A stretch of DNA of 64,000 nucleotides from a virus, in IMG/VR virus record IMGVR_UViG_3300021375_000013, positions 35,765 through 99,764 of that record. The stretch is one strand, 5' to 3'. The stretch's first letter is position 1. Every line of letters starts with the position of its first letter. Of this stretch, positions 38,219-48,495 are shown in pieces. Both the position numbers and the translations under genes were made by a program. A model generated the notes under the pieces. That model worked only from the letters and a program-made list of their open reading frames with translations, did not search any database and was not told the DNA's origin.

Positions 38219-39348
38219 TGCGAGTACTAATAATTCCTAATTACACAAATTTCGGCCAGGTAAAGGATATCAACAGAGATTCTTTCCTTCTGGTCTTTAA
38301 ATCATTTTTAGATAATAGTAAAATCGGTAAAGAATGGGAGTGGATTCTACCTTATCCTGGCGGTGGAATGCATAATCATCCTGGTATTATAAATACCTTT
38401 GAATACCCGAATGTAACGATGTTACAAATGGACCCGTTAGACTGTTTTCCAGCAAAAATGAGAGTTGATTATCCTCACAAATTTTTTGAGAAAGTTATTG
38501 AAAAATATGAAGGAAAATTTAATCTCATCTGGAGCCATTTACCTGAGTGGACAAATTTATTTAAGATATCAAGAATCTACAATAAATTACAACCCATAAT
38601 TGGTTATTGTCATTGGAGCGAGATACCTGAAAATGGTGCTAGAACTGATAATTCATTTTGGACAAACATTAGAGGTATTTTACAAATGGAAGTTTGTGGT
38701 GTAAACTCTGAATATCAAAAAAGTGTTATTCTTAAAAACGCAGCTTTAGATTTCAAACCACATATCGTTGAGAAGTTAGATAAGATTATTCAACCTTGGT
38801 ATTTGGGATGTGATACAGCCACTCCTTCAAATGGATATGATGATAAAACAATCGTATTCAATCATAGAGAAGGTGTTTATACTGGTTCTAAGTGGTTCTT
38901 TGAAACTATGGATGAGTTGTGGAAAGAAAGACAGGATTTCAAAGTTTATACTACCTTAAAAGAAATGGGTAAACCTTATACAAAGTATATTGGAGCAGCT
39001 GATAGAAAAGTGTATCTAAATCAATTATCAAAAGCACATTTTGGTGTTGGTACTTTCCAAGGTTATTCAGCTTGGAGTATGAGTACAACTGATGGATTTT
39101 CAGTAGGTGTACCATATTTACTACCAAATGGTTTTTGTTATCCTGAAATGGTAGGTGATGATTATCCACTTCTTTATAATGGTAAGAAAGAATTTAAAGA
39201 AATGGTAATAAAGTTATTAGATGGTGATATTCCAAGACCTGATGTAACTCACCTTGCTCAATCTCTCCTATGGGAATCTCAGATTGAAAAATATTGGAAT
39301 GTGGAAGAAAATTTTATTGGTAACCTAAGAACAAAATTTAACGATTAA
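38218..39348 (+). CDS. GT-B glycosyltransferase translationally coupled to DNA polymerase
   Basis: IWSHLPE, YCHW.E, IVFNHR, WSMSTTDG...GVPYL.P...CYPE; stop overlaps the polB start (TAATG). Confidence 0.7.
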   Translation: MRVLIIPNYTNFGQVKDINRDSFLLVFKSFLDNSKIGKEWEWILPYPGGGMHNHPGIINTFEYPNVTMLQMDPLDCFPAKMRVDYPHKFFEKVIEKYEGKFNLIWSHLPEWTNLFKISRIYNKLQPIIGYCHWSEIPENGARTDNSFWTNIRGILQMEVCGVNSEYQKSVILKNAALDFKPHIVEKLDKIIQPWYLGCDTATPSNGYDDKTIVFNHREGVYTGSKWFFETMDELWKERQDFKVYTTLKEMGKPYTKYIGAADRKVYLNQLSKAHFGVGTFQGYSAWSMSTTDGFSVGVPYLLPNGFCYPEMVGDDYPLLYNGKKEFKEMVIKLLDGDIPRPDVTHLAQSLLWESQIEKYWNVEENFIGNLRTKFND

Positions 39349-41870
39349 TGTACCAAAACGCTTACTACCAACGAGAAAAGAATCTCGTTCATATTTGGGA
39401 TGATAAAAAGGGATATTTCAATTTCCCATATACTCGATACGCATATGAAAAAGCTGATAGAGGTGAGTTTACAACTCTTTATGGAGATAAAGTAACCAAA
39501 ATCTATAAATTCAAAGGAGATGACCCAAATCTTTTCGAATCAGATGTACCTGAAACTACGAGAGTTTTGGTGGATACTTATACTGATTCAGATATTCCAT
39601 CGGAAGGGCATGTTATTCTTACTTACGATATTGAGTGTGAAATGGAGAGTGGTTTACCTAATCCAGAAGAAGCTACTAATGAGTTAACTTCAATTGCACT
39701 TCATGATTCTGCAACAAATCAATATTGGGCATTGGTTGTTGATAAGACGGGAGATATGGTTGAACGAAAAACCGATAAGGCAATAGTTTTACCATTTAGA
39801 ACTGAAGAAGAAATGCTACTCAAATATTTGGAATTGTATGAGATGATTAATCCAACAATTGTTACTGGTTGGAATATTGATTACTTCGATACACCAATGT
39901 TGTACAATAGAATTGTTAGGTTATTGGGTAAGAAAACTGCAAATCGTTTATCACCGATTGGTAAGTGTTTCTGGTCACCATATCGTAAAAGATATTTTAT
40001 GGCAGGTGTATCTTATTTAGATTACATACATTTGTATAGAATTTATACATATAAAATGTTAGATAACTATCGATTGGATACAGTAGCTAAATTAGAAATT
40101 GGTAGAGGTAAAATCGAATATGATGGTAATTTAGATATCCTTTTCGAAACTGATATTGAAAAATTCATTGAGTATAACTTAGTGGATGTTGAGTTGGTAG
40201 TTGAAATGGAAAATAAACTTCAATTCGTAGATTTGTGTAAAGGTATATGTCATGCAGGTCATGTAACTTATGAAGATTTTGTTTACTCTTCAAAGTATTT
40301 GGAAGGAGCTATGTTAACCTATCTGAAAAGAAAAGGTATTGTTGCACCTAACAAACCTGCTGATAGAAGAGAACGAATGGAAGCTCTTAAAGAAAATAAG
40401 CAAGAGAAGTTTATTGGAGCATATGTAAAAGCACCAATCGTTGGTAAGTATGAGTGGATTTATGATTTGGATTTAACATCTCTATATCCATCTATTATTA
40501 TGACTATCAATATTTCACCTGAAACTAAGATGGGTAAAATTAAAGATTGGAGTGCTGAGGATTATGTTAAAGATAAAAGGGATAGTTGGGTTATCAATGG
40601 TGATACCATTACGCAAGAAAACCTAAAGAAGTTCTTTGAGAGAAGTAAATTCTCAGTTGCATCAAATGGTGTTCTTTATAGAACTGATAAAGTTGGTTGT
40701 ATTCCTGATATTTTAGACTTATGGTTCAGTAAACGTGTTGAATTTAAAAACGAAATGAAAAAATATGGAAAAGCAGGAGATAAAGAAAAATACGCTTTTT
40801 ACCACAAACGTCAGTTGGTTCAGAAAATTTTACTTAACTCTTTATATGGTGTGCTTGGGCTTCCTGCCTTTAGGTTCTATGATGTTGATAATGCTACCGC
40901 TGTTACCACAACGGGACAGACAGTTATTAAATCAACTGCTGACATGGCTAACATCAAATACAATAAGGAACTTGGTAATCCTGATTTGGATTCTAATATA
41001 TACATTGATACTGATTCTGTATTTTTCTCCGCAGTTCCTTTATTGGATAAACGAATTCCAAATTGGAAAGATAGTGAGCAAGATACTATTGCTGTTTATG
41101 TAGATAATATAGCAGGTGAGATGCAGGATTATCTAAATGATTTTTACGATATTCTTGCTGAAAAGGTATTCAATGTTGATAAGGATAAACACCGATTTGA
41201 GATTAAGAAAGAATATGTTTCTAAATCAGGTATTTGGATTGCTAAGAAAAGATATGCGCAATGGATTATTTCAGATAATGGTGTACCTGTTGATAAGTTG
41301 GATGTAAAAGGATTGGATGTTGTTCGTTCTTCATATCCAGCCGCATTTAGAGAATTTATGAGTGAAGTACTTATTGAAATTCTAAGAGGTGATACTGAAG
41401 AACAACTTACTGATAAAATTTACAATTTCAAAAATGATTTGGTAAATATGGATGTAGTTAAGATTGCTAAAGCTGGAGCTGTGAAAAACTTATCAAAGTA
41501 TATGCCAAAGAAAAGAGAACAAACGGCTATGTTTCAATTCGCAAGTGGAACTCCAGCCCACGTAAAAGCATCAATAGCATATAATCAATTGTTAAAGCAC
41601 TTTAAAATTCAAAATCAATACGAACCCATAAAAGATGGAGATAAAATTAAATGGGTGTATCTAAAACAAAATCCATTTGGATTGGATGCAGTAGCTATGA
41701 ATGGTTACAATGACCCACCACAAATTATGGAGTTAATTAAAACATATATTAACTATGATAAAATCTTCGAAAGAGAACTTCTAAAAAAATTAGAAGATTT
41801 CTACGGAGCATTGGATTGGGGACAAGTTTTATCCTCAACAAAAACAGCTGAGAAATTTTTCTCATTTTAA
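39348..41870 (+). CDS. Family B DNA polymerase (T4 gp43-like)
   Basis: Exo YDIE, TGWNI..FD, YN..D; Pol DLTSLYPS, KILLNSLYG, YIDTDS, KKRY, KG.D.VRS. Confidence 0.97.
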   Translation: MYQNAYYQREKNLVHIWDDKKGYFNFPYTRYAYEKADRGEFTTLYGDKVTKIYKFKGDDPNLFESDVPETTRVLVDTYTDSDIPSEGHVILTYDIECEMESGLPNPEEATNELTSIALHDSATNQYWALVVDKTGDMVERKTDKAIVLPFRTEEEMLLKYLELYEMINPTIVTGWNIDYFDTPMLYNRIVRLLGKKTANRLSPIGKCFWSPYRKRYFMAGVSYLDYIHLYRIYTYKMLDNYRLDTVAKLEIGRGKIEYDGNLDILFETDIEKFIEYNLVDVELVVEMENKLQFVDLCKGICHAGHVTYEDFVYSSKYLEGAMLTYLKRKGIVAPNKPADRRERMEALKENKQEKFIGAYVKAPIVGKYEWIYDLDLTSLYPSIIMTINISPETKMGKIKDWSAEDYVKDKRDSWVINGDTITQENLKKFFERSKFSVASNGVLYRTDKVGCIPDILDLWFSKRVEFKNEMKKYGKAGDKEKYAFYHKRQLVQKILLNSLYGVLGLPAFRFYDVDNATAVTTTGQTVIKSTADMANIKYNKELGNPDLDSNIYIDTDSVFFSAVPLLDKRIPNWKDSEQDTIAVYVDNIAGEMQDYLNDFYDILAEKVFNVDKDKHRFEIKKEYVSKSGIWIAKKRYAQWIISDNGVPVDKLDVKGLDVVRSSYPAAFREFMSEVLIEILRGDTEEQLTDKIYNFKNDLVNMDVVKIAKAGAVKNLSKYMPKKREQTAMFQFASGTPAHVKASIAYNQLLKHFKIQNQYEPIKDGDKIKWVYLKQNPFGLDAVAMNGYNDPPQIMELIKTYINYDKIFERELLKKLEDFYGALDWGQVLSSTKTAEKFFSF

Positions 41871-41902
41871 TTTGGATAATTGAAAAATTATTCGTATATT
41901 TG
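41871..41902 (+). promoter_or_regulatory. Bacteroidota-type promoter upstream of the sliding clamp
   Basis: TTTG-N20-TATATTTG. Confidence 0.8.
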
Positions 41903-41934
41903 TAAAACAATAAAATAAATCTTAAAAGTAAATT

Positions 41935-42630
41935 ATGGAAAAAGCAAAATTTGATGGTTTCATCAATCGATACAATCTCGGTGGAGAGGTTGAATCAGTA
42001 ATGGTAAAATCTGAAGGTTCTAACCTTTCAGTTAGAATGATTTCAGATGATAAAACTCTTTTAGGAGATGTAACGGTAACAGGTGCAGATTTTCCCAATG
42101 GTGAATTTGGTATCTATACTACATCTCAATTGAAAGGGTTATTAAGTGTATTAGATAATACAATCGATGTAGAAGAAGTAACTGGTGCATTAAAGTTCTC
42201 AGATAAAGGAACTAAAATGCAGTATATGTTAGCAGCACCTTCAGTTATCCCAGCGGTACCTGATTTAAAGGCACTTCCTCCATTTAATGTAGATATTACA
42301 TTAGATAATGATTTTGTAAACAAATTCATCAAATCTAAAGGAGCATTAGCAGATGCTGATACATTTACATTCACTTGTAAAAATAACAAAGGAGAAATCA
42401 TCTTAGGATATTCTTCTATTAACTCAAATAGAATCTCTATTTCAGTTGATTGTAAGTGTGATGGTGATGTAGAACCAATCGCATTCTCTGCAAAATATCT
42501 AAAAGCTATCTTATTAGCAAACAAAGGTTCATCAACTTCATCTCTACAAATTTCTTCGCAGGGATTATCTAAAGTTGCATTTACCGAAGGAGATTATGTA
42601 TCAAATTACTATTTGGTAGAGATTAAGTAA
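41935..42630 (+). CDS. Sliding clamp (T4 gp45/PCNA-like)
   Basis: 231 aa, EFGIY...QL..LL, C-terminal YYLV; lies between polB and the clamp loader. Confidence 0.75.
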   Translation: MEKAKFDGFINRYNLGGEVESVMVKSEGSNLSVRMISDDKTLLGDVTVTGADFPNGEFGIYTTSQLKGLLSVLDNTIDVEEVTGALKFSDKGTKMQYMLAAPSVIPAVPDLKALPPFNVDITLDNDFVNKFIKSKGALADADTFTFTCKNNKGEIILGYSSINSNRISISVDCKCDGDVEPIAFSAKYLKAILLANKGSSTSSLQISSQGLSKVAFTEGDYVSNYYLVEIK

Positions 42631-42651
42631 TAACCATTAAATTAAGTAACT

Positions 42652-43869
42652 ATGAGTTTTTGGGATTCAGAACCAGCAAAACCAGAATTTATATTCGAAG
42701 ATGAGAAAAGAAAACTCATTGAGAATATGGACTACCTTATGACAATGAGTGTAGAAGAACAAACACTTTACAAAAAGTGGGTTGAGCTGCAAGAGGATTC
42801 TATGATTAGAGATAAATCCCAAATCGCTACTCTTTATGATACTCAATGGAAACCAACTGATATCAATAATAAAGAACTAACAATCAAAGAAATTGAAGAG
42901 TTAGAACCTTATGTTGAAATCGTAGAGGATTCATCTGAAGCTACAAAGTGGACTTATCTTAGAAAGATGATTCACACTATGAGTTGGACAGCTAATCCTG
43001 GTCGAAATGTGAAGTTATTTATCAAAGATAAGAAGAGTGGTAAACTTTTAGGTTTAGTATCTTTAGCATCAGATGTAACATCTATGAAAGTAAGAGATGA
43101 TTATATCGGATGGAATAAAGAGAACAAATTCAAAGAGGGTAAGTTGAACTACACAACTATCGCATCCACTATTGTTTGTACCCAACCTTTAGGTTACAAC
43201 TTTTTAGGTGGTAAACTCACCGCAATGATGACTACTGTTCCAGAAGTTAGAGAGTATTGGAAAAAGAAGTACGGACAAACATTGATAGGTGTAGGAACAA
43301 CTTCCCTTTATGGAATTCATTCACAATATAATGGTATTCCACATTTTAAAACGTTAGGAGAATCAGCTGGTAAGATTGCATTGAAACCTGATGATGAGTT
43401 CTATGACCCTTGGCATCAATGGATTAAGGAAAATAGAGCTGATTGGTATGAAAATGCTATTACTAATGAAAGAATCCGAAATGGTAAATCTATGGGAACT
43501 GGTAAAGGGGCTAGTGGACCTGTTAGTGGTATCAAACAAAAGATACTTTCTCAGATTTTCAAAGAATGTGGTATTAGAGCATCCGATTATCATCACGGAT
43601 TCAAGAGAGGGGTATATCTTGCTATGATGTATGAAAACGGACCTGAGTTCCTTCGTTCAGAAATTGAGGAATCAGAACTTAAAATGAAAAAGAAGTTTGT
43701 TGAGGGTGTTGATTACATTAATAATTGGTGGAAAAGACAAGCAATTAAAAGATACTCAAAGTTACATGATTCTGGTAGATTGAAACCTGAAGATTTATTC
43801 TATATCGATGGTATAGGTAAAGATTGGGAAACTTTCAAAGCAGATAGATTAAAAGAAGTAGGTAGATAA
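42652..43869 (+). CDS. DUF4338 / DruA-like protein
   Basis: PGR.....D..SGK.LG...L.SD....RD.YIGW, P..YN.LGGKL, TTSLYG..SQYN, GE(S)AG. Confidence 0.75.
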   Translation: MSFWDSEPAKPEFIFEDEKRKLIENMDYLMTMSVEEQTLYKKWVELQEDSMIRDKSQIATLYDTQWKPTDINNKELTIKEIEELEPYVEIVEDSSEATKWTYLRKMIHTMSWTANPGRNVKLFIKDKKSGKLLGLVSLASDVTSMKVRDDYIGWNKENKFKEGKLNYTTIASTIVCTQPLGYNFLGGKLTAMMTTVPEVREYWKKKYGQTLIGVGTTSLYGIHSQYNGIPHFKTLGESAGKIALKPDDEFYDPWHQWIKENRADWYENAITNERIRNGKSMGTGKGASGPVSGIKQKILSQIFKECGIRASDYHHGFKRGVYLAMMYENGPEFLRSEIEESELKMKKKFVEGVDYINNWWKRQAIKRYSKLHDSGRLKPEDLFYIDGIGKDWETFKADRLKEVGR

Positions 43870-43880
43870 AAAAATATAAT

Positions 43881-44828
43881 ATGGGATTTTTTGAAGAAAC
43901 AAATAATGAACAAGTTGATAATAGTTTATGGGTAGAATCATATAGACCTGTAACATTAGAAAACTATGTAGGTAACGAACACCTTAAAGAAAAGGTAAGT
44001 GGTTATTTAGAAACTGGTGATGTACCTCACCTTCTACTTTATGGTAGAGCAGGTACTGGTAAAACAACTCTTGCTAAACTAATTGTAAAATCAATGGATT
44101 GTGATTATATGGTAATCAACGCATCTGATGAAAACAATGTAGAAACTGTAAGAAATAAAGTAAAAGGATTCGCATCATCGATGGGATTCAAAAAGTATAA
44201 AATCATTATCTTAGATGAGTTTGATTATATGTCTCAGAACGCACAAGCGATTCTTAGAAATCTTATGGAAACATTTTCACAACATTGTAGATTCATTTTG
44301 ACTTGTAACTATGTTGAGAAAGTTATTGACCCTATCCAAAGTAGATGTCAAACTTTCCAAATCATTCCTCCTACTAAAAAGGATGTAGCAGTTCAAATCT
44401 CAAAGATTCTTAAAAATGAAGAAGTAAAGTTTGAACCAAAAGATTTAGTTCCAATTATTGATGCTGGATATCCTGATATTAGAAAGATTATCAATACTTG
44501 TCAATTAAACTCAATCAAAGGTGAGTTGAAAGTAGATACTCAAAACCTTTTAGAGAATGATTACAAAATGAAAGTTTTGGATATCTTAAAATCTTCAGAT
44601 GATAAAAGAAATAAATATGTGAAAATGAGACAAGCTATTATTGATAGTAGAGTAACTGATTTCTCAGAATTATTCACATTATTGTATGAAAAAGTTGATG
44701 AATATGCTCCACAAAATACAGCGAATGTAGTTATTGCTCTTTCCGAAGGACAGAACAAACACTTCAACGCTATTGATAAGGAGATTCCAACTGCAGCAAC
44801 TTTGATTGAAATTTTAAATTTAATATAA
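43881..44828 (+). CDS. Clamp loader AAA+ subunit (RFC / gp44-like)
   Basis: LWVE.YRP, HLLLYGRAGTGKTT, INASDE, ILDEFD, AQA.LR, SRC. Confidence 0.95.
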   Translation: MGFFEETNNEQVDNSLWVESYRPVTLENYVGNEHLKEKVSGYLETGDVPHLLLYGRAGTGKTTLAKLIVKSMDCDYMVINASDENNVETVRNKVKGFASSMGFKKYKIIILDEFDYMSQNAQAILRNLMETFSQHCRFILTCNYVEKVIDPIQSRCQTFQIIPPTKKDVAVQISKILKNEEVKFEPKDLVPIIDAGYPDIRKIINTCQLNSIKGELKVDTQNLLENDYKMKVLDILKSSDDKRNKYVKMRQAIIDSRVTDFSELFTLLYEKVDEYAPQNTANVVIALSEGQNKHFNAIDKEIPTAATLIEILNLI

Positions 44829-44829
44829 G

Positions 44830-45141
44830 ATGGCAAATATAATTGGTAAAGGTGGTAGTAAACCACAAAAAGCATCTGAACAAAGTACACAACAACCAAA
44901 ATTAGATTTAGGTAAATCAACTCCTATTGTATGTGCTCATTGTGGATATGATGTATTTATTGATGGTTCTAAATTCCGTAAAATCTCAAAACTAATAACT
45001 GGTACTCCGCAAGATGTAGTTGTACCAATTGAAGTAATGATGTGTGGTAATTGTGGTGAGATTTGTGAAGAGTTACTTCCAGAACAAATGAAAGTATTAG
45101 CAGAGATTGATAGAAGAAACGCTGAAGAAACAAATGGCTAA
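44830..45141 (+). CDS. Small zinc-ribbon protein
   Basis: CAHCG...CGNCG. Confidence 0.65.
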   Translation: MANIIGKGGSKPQKASEQSTQQPKLDLGKSTPIVCAHCGYDVFIDGSKFRKISKLITGTPQDVVVPIEVMMCGNCGEICEELLPEQMKVLAEIDRRNAEETNG

Positions 45142-45583
45142 ATCACTATTCGACCATATTAAACAAATTACTAACGTTCAAGACCCAAAGTATTGGGATA
45201 AGTTAGAAGAAGCAGATAAAAAGACTTGGAGTAACTATATGGTACTTCGTTTTTTATCTATGAAATACGAATGGATTGAAACCATTGCTGCTGTACAACC
45301 TTATCTACAAGAAGTTCCTCCTAAAGCAATGTATTTAGCTCTGATTGATTTACTTCCAAAGGGTAGACACTTTATGAAGTATATGAAAGCTACGGGAGCT
45401 GATAAATACGAAGGTTGGTTAGTAGAGTTGGTAGCTAAACATTACGAAACCTCAAAGTTAGAAGCTGAGGATTACTTAAAGATTCTATATGCTAGTAGAA
45501 CTGGTAAGGAAAGAATCAAACAATTATCAGAGGATTATGGAACTGACCCGAAGATAATTAAGAAATTAAAATTAAAAATATAA
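45134..45583 (+). CDS. Clamp loader small subunit (gp62-like), start corrected to ATG 45134
   Basis: LFD.I..I, YMV.RFLS, Y..L...LPK...F.KY.K, V.K.YE.S..EA..YL.IL. Confidence 0.65.
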   Translation: MAKSLFDHIKQITNVQDPKYWDKLEEADKKTWSNYMVLRFLSMKYEWIETIAAVQPYLQEVPPKAMYLALIDLLPKGRHFMKYMKATGADKYEGWLVELVAKHYETSKLEAEDYLKILYASRTGKERIKQLSEDYGTDPKIIKKLKLKI

Positions 45584-45586
45584 TTA

Positions 45587-45625
45587 AAAAAAGTTTGGAA
45601 ATCCCAAACTTTTTTCGTATATTTG
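45587..45625 (+). promoter_or_regulatory. Bacteroidota-type promoter overlapped by a terminator-like 12 bp inverted repeat
   Basis: TTTG(45594)-N20-TATATTTG(45618-45625); AAAAAAGTTTGG-aaatc-CCAAACTTTTTT. Confidence 0.75.
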
Positions 45626-45643
45626 TATAACAAATAGAAGTTT

Positions 45644-46510
45644 ATGGCAAAAGTAAGTTTTTCACAATACCAACTATATTCATCTTGTCCTCGTGCATAT
45701 AAACTGAGGTACATAGATAAGTTGGGTGAATCATCTGCTAACATTTATACAATCTTTGGAACGGCTATCCACGAAACCATACAACATTTCCTTTCAGTTA
45801 TGTATGGAGTTTCGAAAAAACAAGCAATGGAGATTGATACTGATAAGTTGTTATTAGAGTGGATGAGAAAAGAATACATCAAAGAGAACGATAAACTAAG
45901 TGAGGGTATTGTATGTACTCAGTTAGAGTTAGAAGAGTTCTATGGTGATGGTAGAAGAATATTAGAGTGGTTTAAAAAGAAATTAGATAAGTTTTACACA
46001 AAGACTGGATTTGAATTAGTAGGAATAGAGATTCCACTAAATGCTAAAGTAAAAGAAGGTGTAAACTTTATTGGATTTGTTGATGTAGTAATGAGGGATT
46101 TATCAGATAACTCAATTATCATTATTGATTTAAAAACATCAACTAGAGGTTGGAACAAATACCAAAAATCAGATAAGTACAAAAATGCACAAATTGTATT
46201 ATATAAAAAGTACTATTCTGAGTTGTTCAATATTCCATTAGAAAAAATTAAAGTGGAGTATCAGATTATGAGAAGAAAATTATATGAAGATGCACCATTC
46301 CCAATTCCTTATATGTCGAGGCATGTACCAGCGAATGGTAAACCAACTACAAATAGAGTTTATAAAGAGTTTATGGACTTTGTAGATGAGGTATTCGATA
46401 ATAAGGGAAACTTCAATGATTTACCTTATCCAAAGGTTCCTGGCGATAGACAAAAGAATTGTAGATTTTGTGAGTTTAAGACTAGGGGAATTTGTGATGG
46501 TAAAGTTTAA
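45644..46510 (+). CDS. PD-(D/E)xK exonuclease (RecB/Cas4-like, Fe-S cysteines)
   Basis: SFSQ.....CP, FGTAIHE, G.E, GFVD, IIDLKTS, Q...Y, C..C......C. Confidence 0.85.
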   Translation: MAKVSFSQYQLYSSCPRAYKLRYIDKLGESSANIYTIFGTAIHETIQHFLSVMYGVSKKQAMEIDTDKLLLEWMRKEYIKENDKLSEGIVCTQLELEEFYGDGRRILEWFKKKLDKFYTKTGFELVGIEIPLNAKVKEGVNFIGFVDVVMRDLSDNSIIIIDLKTSTRGWNKYQKSDKYKNAQIVLYKKYYSELFNIPLEKIKVEYQIMRRKLYEDAPFPIPYMSRHVPANGKPTTNRVYKEFMDFVDEVFDNKGNFNDLPYPKVPGDRQKNCRFCEFKTRGICDGKV

Positions 46511-46561
46511 CGGAAAATAAATATCTATATACTTATATATATAAATACAAAACTATATACT

Positions 46562-46759
46562 ATGAGTGTAGAAACTAAACTAACAACTGTAAAGATTATA
46601 AAAGGTGTTTATTCAAATTTTAAAAGAGTTTCTTTTGAATCAGATGTAACACTTCAAAAATTAGTAAACAGAACAGTTGAACGATATGTAAGCGATGATG
46701 AATTTAGAAAAGAGATGAACGAATATCTCAATTTACAAATATCAGGTTCGCAATTTTAA
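46562..46759 (+). CDS. Small ribbon-helix-helix-like DNA-binding protein
   Basis: KLTTVKI...Y..FK......TLQKLVNR....Y; beta strand plus two helices. Confidence 0.5.
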   Translation: MSVETKLTTVKIIKGVYSNFKRVSFESDVTLQKLVNRTVERYVSDDEFRKEMNEYLNLQISGSQF

Positions 46760-46781
46760 AAAAAGTTATTTTAAATAAGTT

Positions 46782-48167
46782 ATGACAAAAAAGAAAAAGA
46801 TTCTTCTCCTTTCAGATGATATGAGGATGAGTAGTGGTATAGCTACTATGAGTAAAGCATTGGTAATGGGTACTCTTAAAGAGTATGATTGGTTCCAAGT
46901 AGGTGCAGCAATTAAACATCCAGACAAAGGTAAAGTTTTAGATTTATCTGCAGATATGCAGAAAAGAACTGGTGTAGAAGATGCATCGGTTAAAATCTTA
47001 CCTTGGAATGGTTATGGAAATGCAGATTTGTTAAGACAAATTATGAATTCCGAAAAACCTGATGCTATCCTTCACTTTACTGACCCACGTTATTGGACTT
47101 GGTTATATGAGATGGAACATGAAGTAAGAGAAAATTGTCCAATTCTTTATTATACTATTTGGGATGATTTACCAGACCCACTATACAATAGAAATTACTA
47201 CGAAAGTTGTGATTGGTTGGGTGCTATTTCAAGACAAACTTATGGAATTGTAAGTAGGTTAACTTCTTTAACCGATAAACCAACTTGGAAACCTCATTCA
47301 GATTGGCAAGTATCTTATGTACCACATGGTATAAACCAAAATGATTTTAAGCCAATTGATGTACCTTCTGATTTTAGAAATAAAATATTAGCAGGTAATG
47401 ATTACGATTTTATCTTCTTTTGGTCAAATAGAAACATTAGAAGAAAACAACCATCTGATGTTATTATGGCATTTAAGGAATTTTGTGATAAAATTGGTAA
47501 AGATAAAGCATCAAAAGCTGTGTTACTAATGCACACAACACCAAAAGACCAAAATGGTACTGATTTACCAACAGTTGCTGAAACACTTGCACCTGATTGT
47601 AATGTAGTATTTTCAACTGCTAAGTTAAATACTGAACAATTGAATTACCTTTATAATATGGCTGATTGTACAGTTAATATTGCTGGTAATGAGGGGTTTG
47701 GATTAACAACTGCAGAATCGGTAATGAGTGGTACACCAATAATTGTAAATGTAACTGGTGGATTGCAAGACCAATGTGGATTTAAAGTAGATGGTAAATA
47801 TCTAACTGCTGATGATTACATTAAAATCGGTTCACTTCACAAATGGAGAGATTGGGAAGATAAAGTAACTTGGGGAGAATGGGCTACACCAATTTGGAGT
47901 AGAGCACAATCTTTGACAGGTTCAGTTCCAACTCCTTATATTTGGGATGATAAAATCGATGTAATTGAGTTATCAGAAAAAATGGAGAAAGTTTATAATA
48001 CTCCAAAAGAAGAATTAACAAAGAATGGTTTAGAAGGTAGAAGAGCATTTATTGAGGATATGGGATTATCTGCAGAAAATATGTGTCAACAACTAAAAAA
48101 TGGTGTTGAATCTACTTTAAAAAATTGGAAACCAAGAAAAAGATACGAACTATTTAAAATTGCTTAA
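46782..48167 (+). CDS. GT-B (GT4-like) glycosyltransferase
   Basis: LLSDD.R..SG, HFTDP, YVPHG, NRNIRRK, NEGFGL...ES...GTPII...TGGL. Confidence 0.88.
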   Translation: MTKKKKILLLSDDMRMSSGIATMSKALVMGTLKEYDWFQVGAAIKHPDKGKVLDLSADMQKRTGVEDASVKILPWNGYGNADLLRQIMNSEKPDAILHFTDPRYWTWLYEMEHEVRENCPILYYTIWDDLPDPLYNRNYYESCDWLGAISRQTYGIVSRLTSLTDKPTWKPHSDWQVSYVPHGINQNDFKPIDVPSDFRNKILAGNDYDFIFFWSNRNIRRKQPSDVIMAFKEFCDKIGKDKASKAVLLMHTTPKDQNGTDLPTVAETLAPDCNVVFSTAKLNTEQLNYLYNMADCTVNIAGNEGFGLTTAESVMSGTPIIVNVTGGLQDQCGFKVDGKYLTADDYIKIGSLHKWRDWEDKVTWGEWATPIWSRAQSLTGSVPTPYIWDDKIDVIELSEKMEKVYNTPKEELTKNGLEGRRAFIEDMGLSAENMCQQLKNGVESTLKNWKPRKRYELFKIA

Positions 48168-48489
48168 AATGATTTATACGTTAAAAACACAAGAATACTT
48201 TAAAGCATTTAGTAGTAAAGATGTTAAAAAATTATCTCAACTATATTCTCCAACTATTCGATTAGTTGATTGGGATATTAATATTACAGGAAGAGAAGAA
48301 GTTTTAAATGTAAATTCTGAATTATTCAATTTAGATTTCGAATTGACTCTACACAATGTATATCAGAGTGGAGAAAAAACTTTTAATGAAATTACAATTA
48401 CGATTGGTGATGATGTGTTAGAAATTATGGATGTAATAACGTTCAACCAATTAAACCAAATAGAAAATATTACAGCATATAAAAGATAA
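48160..48489 (+). CDS. SnoaL/NTF2-like protein
   Basis: YF.AF..KD...L..LY...I.L.DW....G.E.V, DVI.F....I..I.AY. Confidence 0.7.
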   Translation: MLKMIYTLKTQEYFKAFSSKDVKKLSQLYSPTIRLVDWDINITGREEVLNVNSELFNLDFELTLHNVYQSGEKTFNEITITIGDDVLEIMDVITFNQLNQIENITAYKR

Positions 48490-48495
48490 GAAGTT

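Noticed and set aside
42652-43869. A Druantia defence system
   Set aside because: Only the DUF4338 gene is present; no DruE helicase or other dru genes, and the context is the replisome.
45644-46510. Cas4-like nuclease as evidence of a CRISPR system
   Set aside because: No repeat-spacer array or other cas genes seen; stand-alone Cas4/RecB-like exonucleases are routine in large phages.
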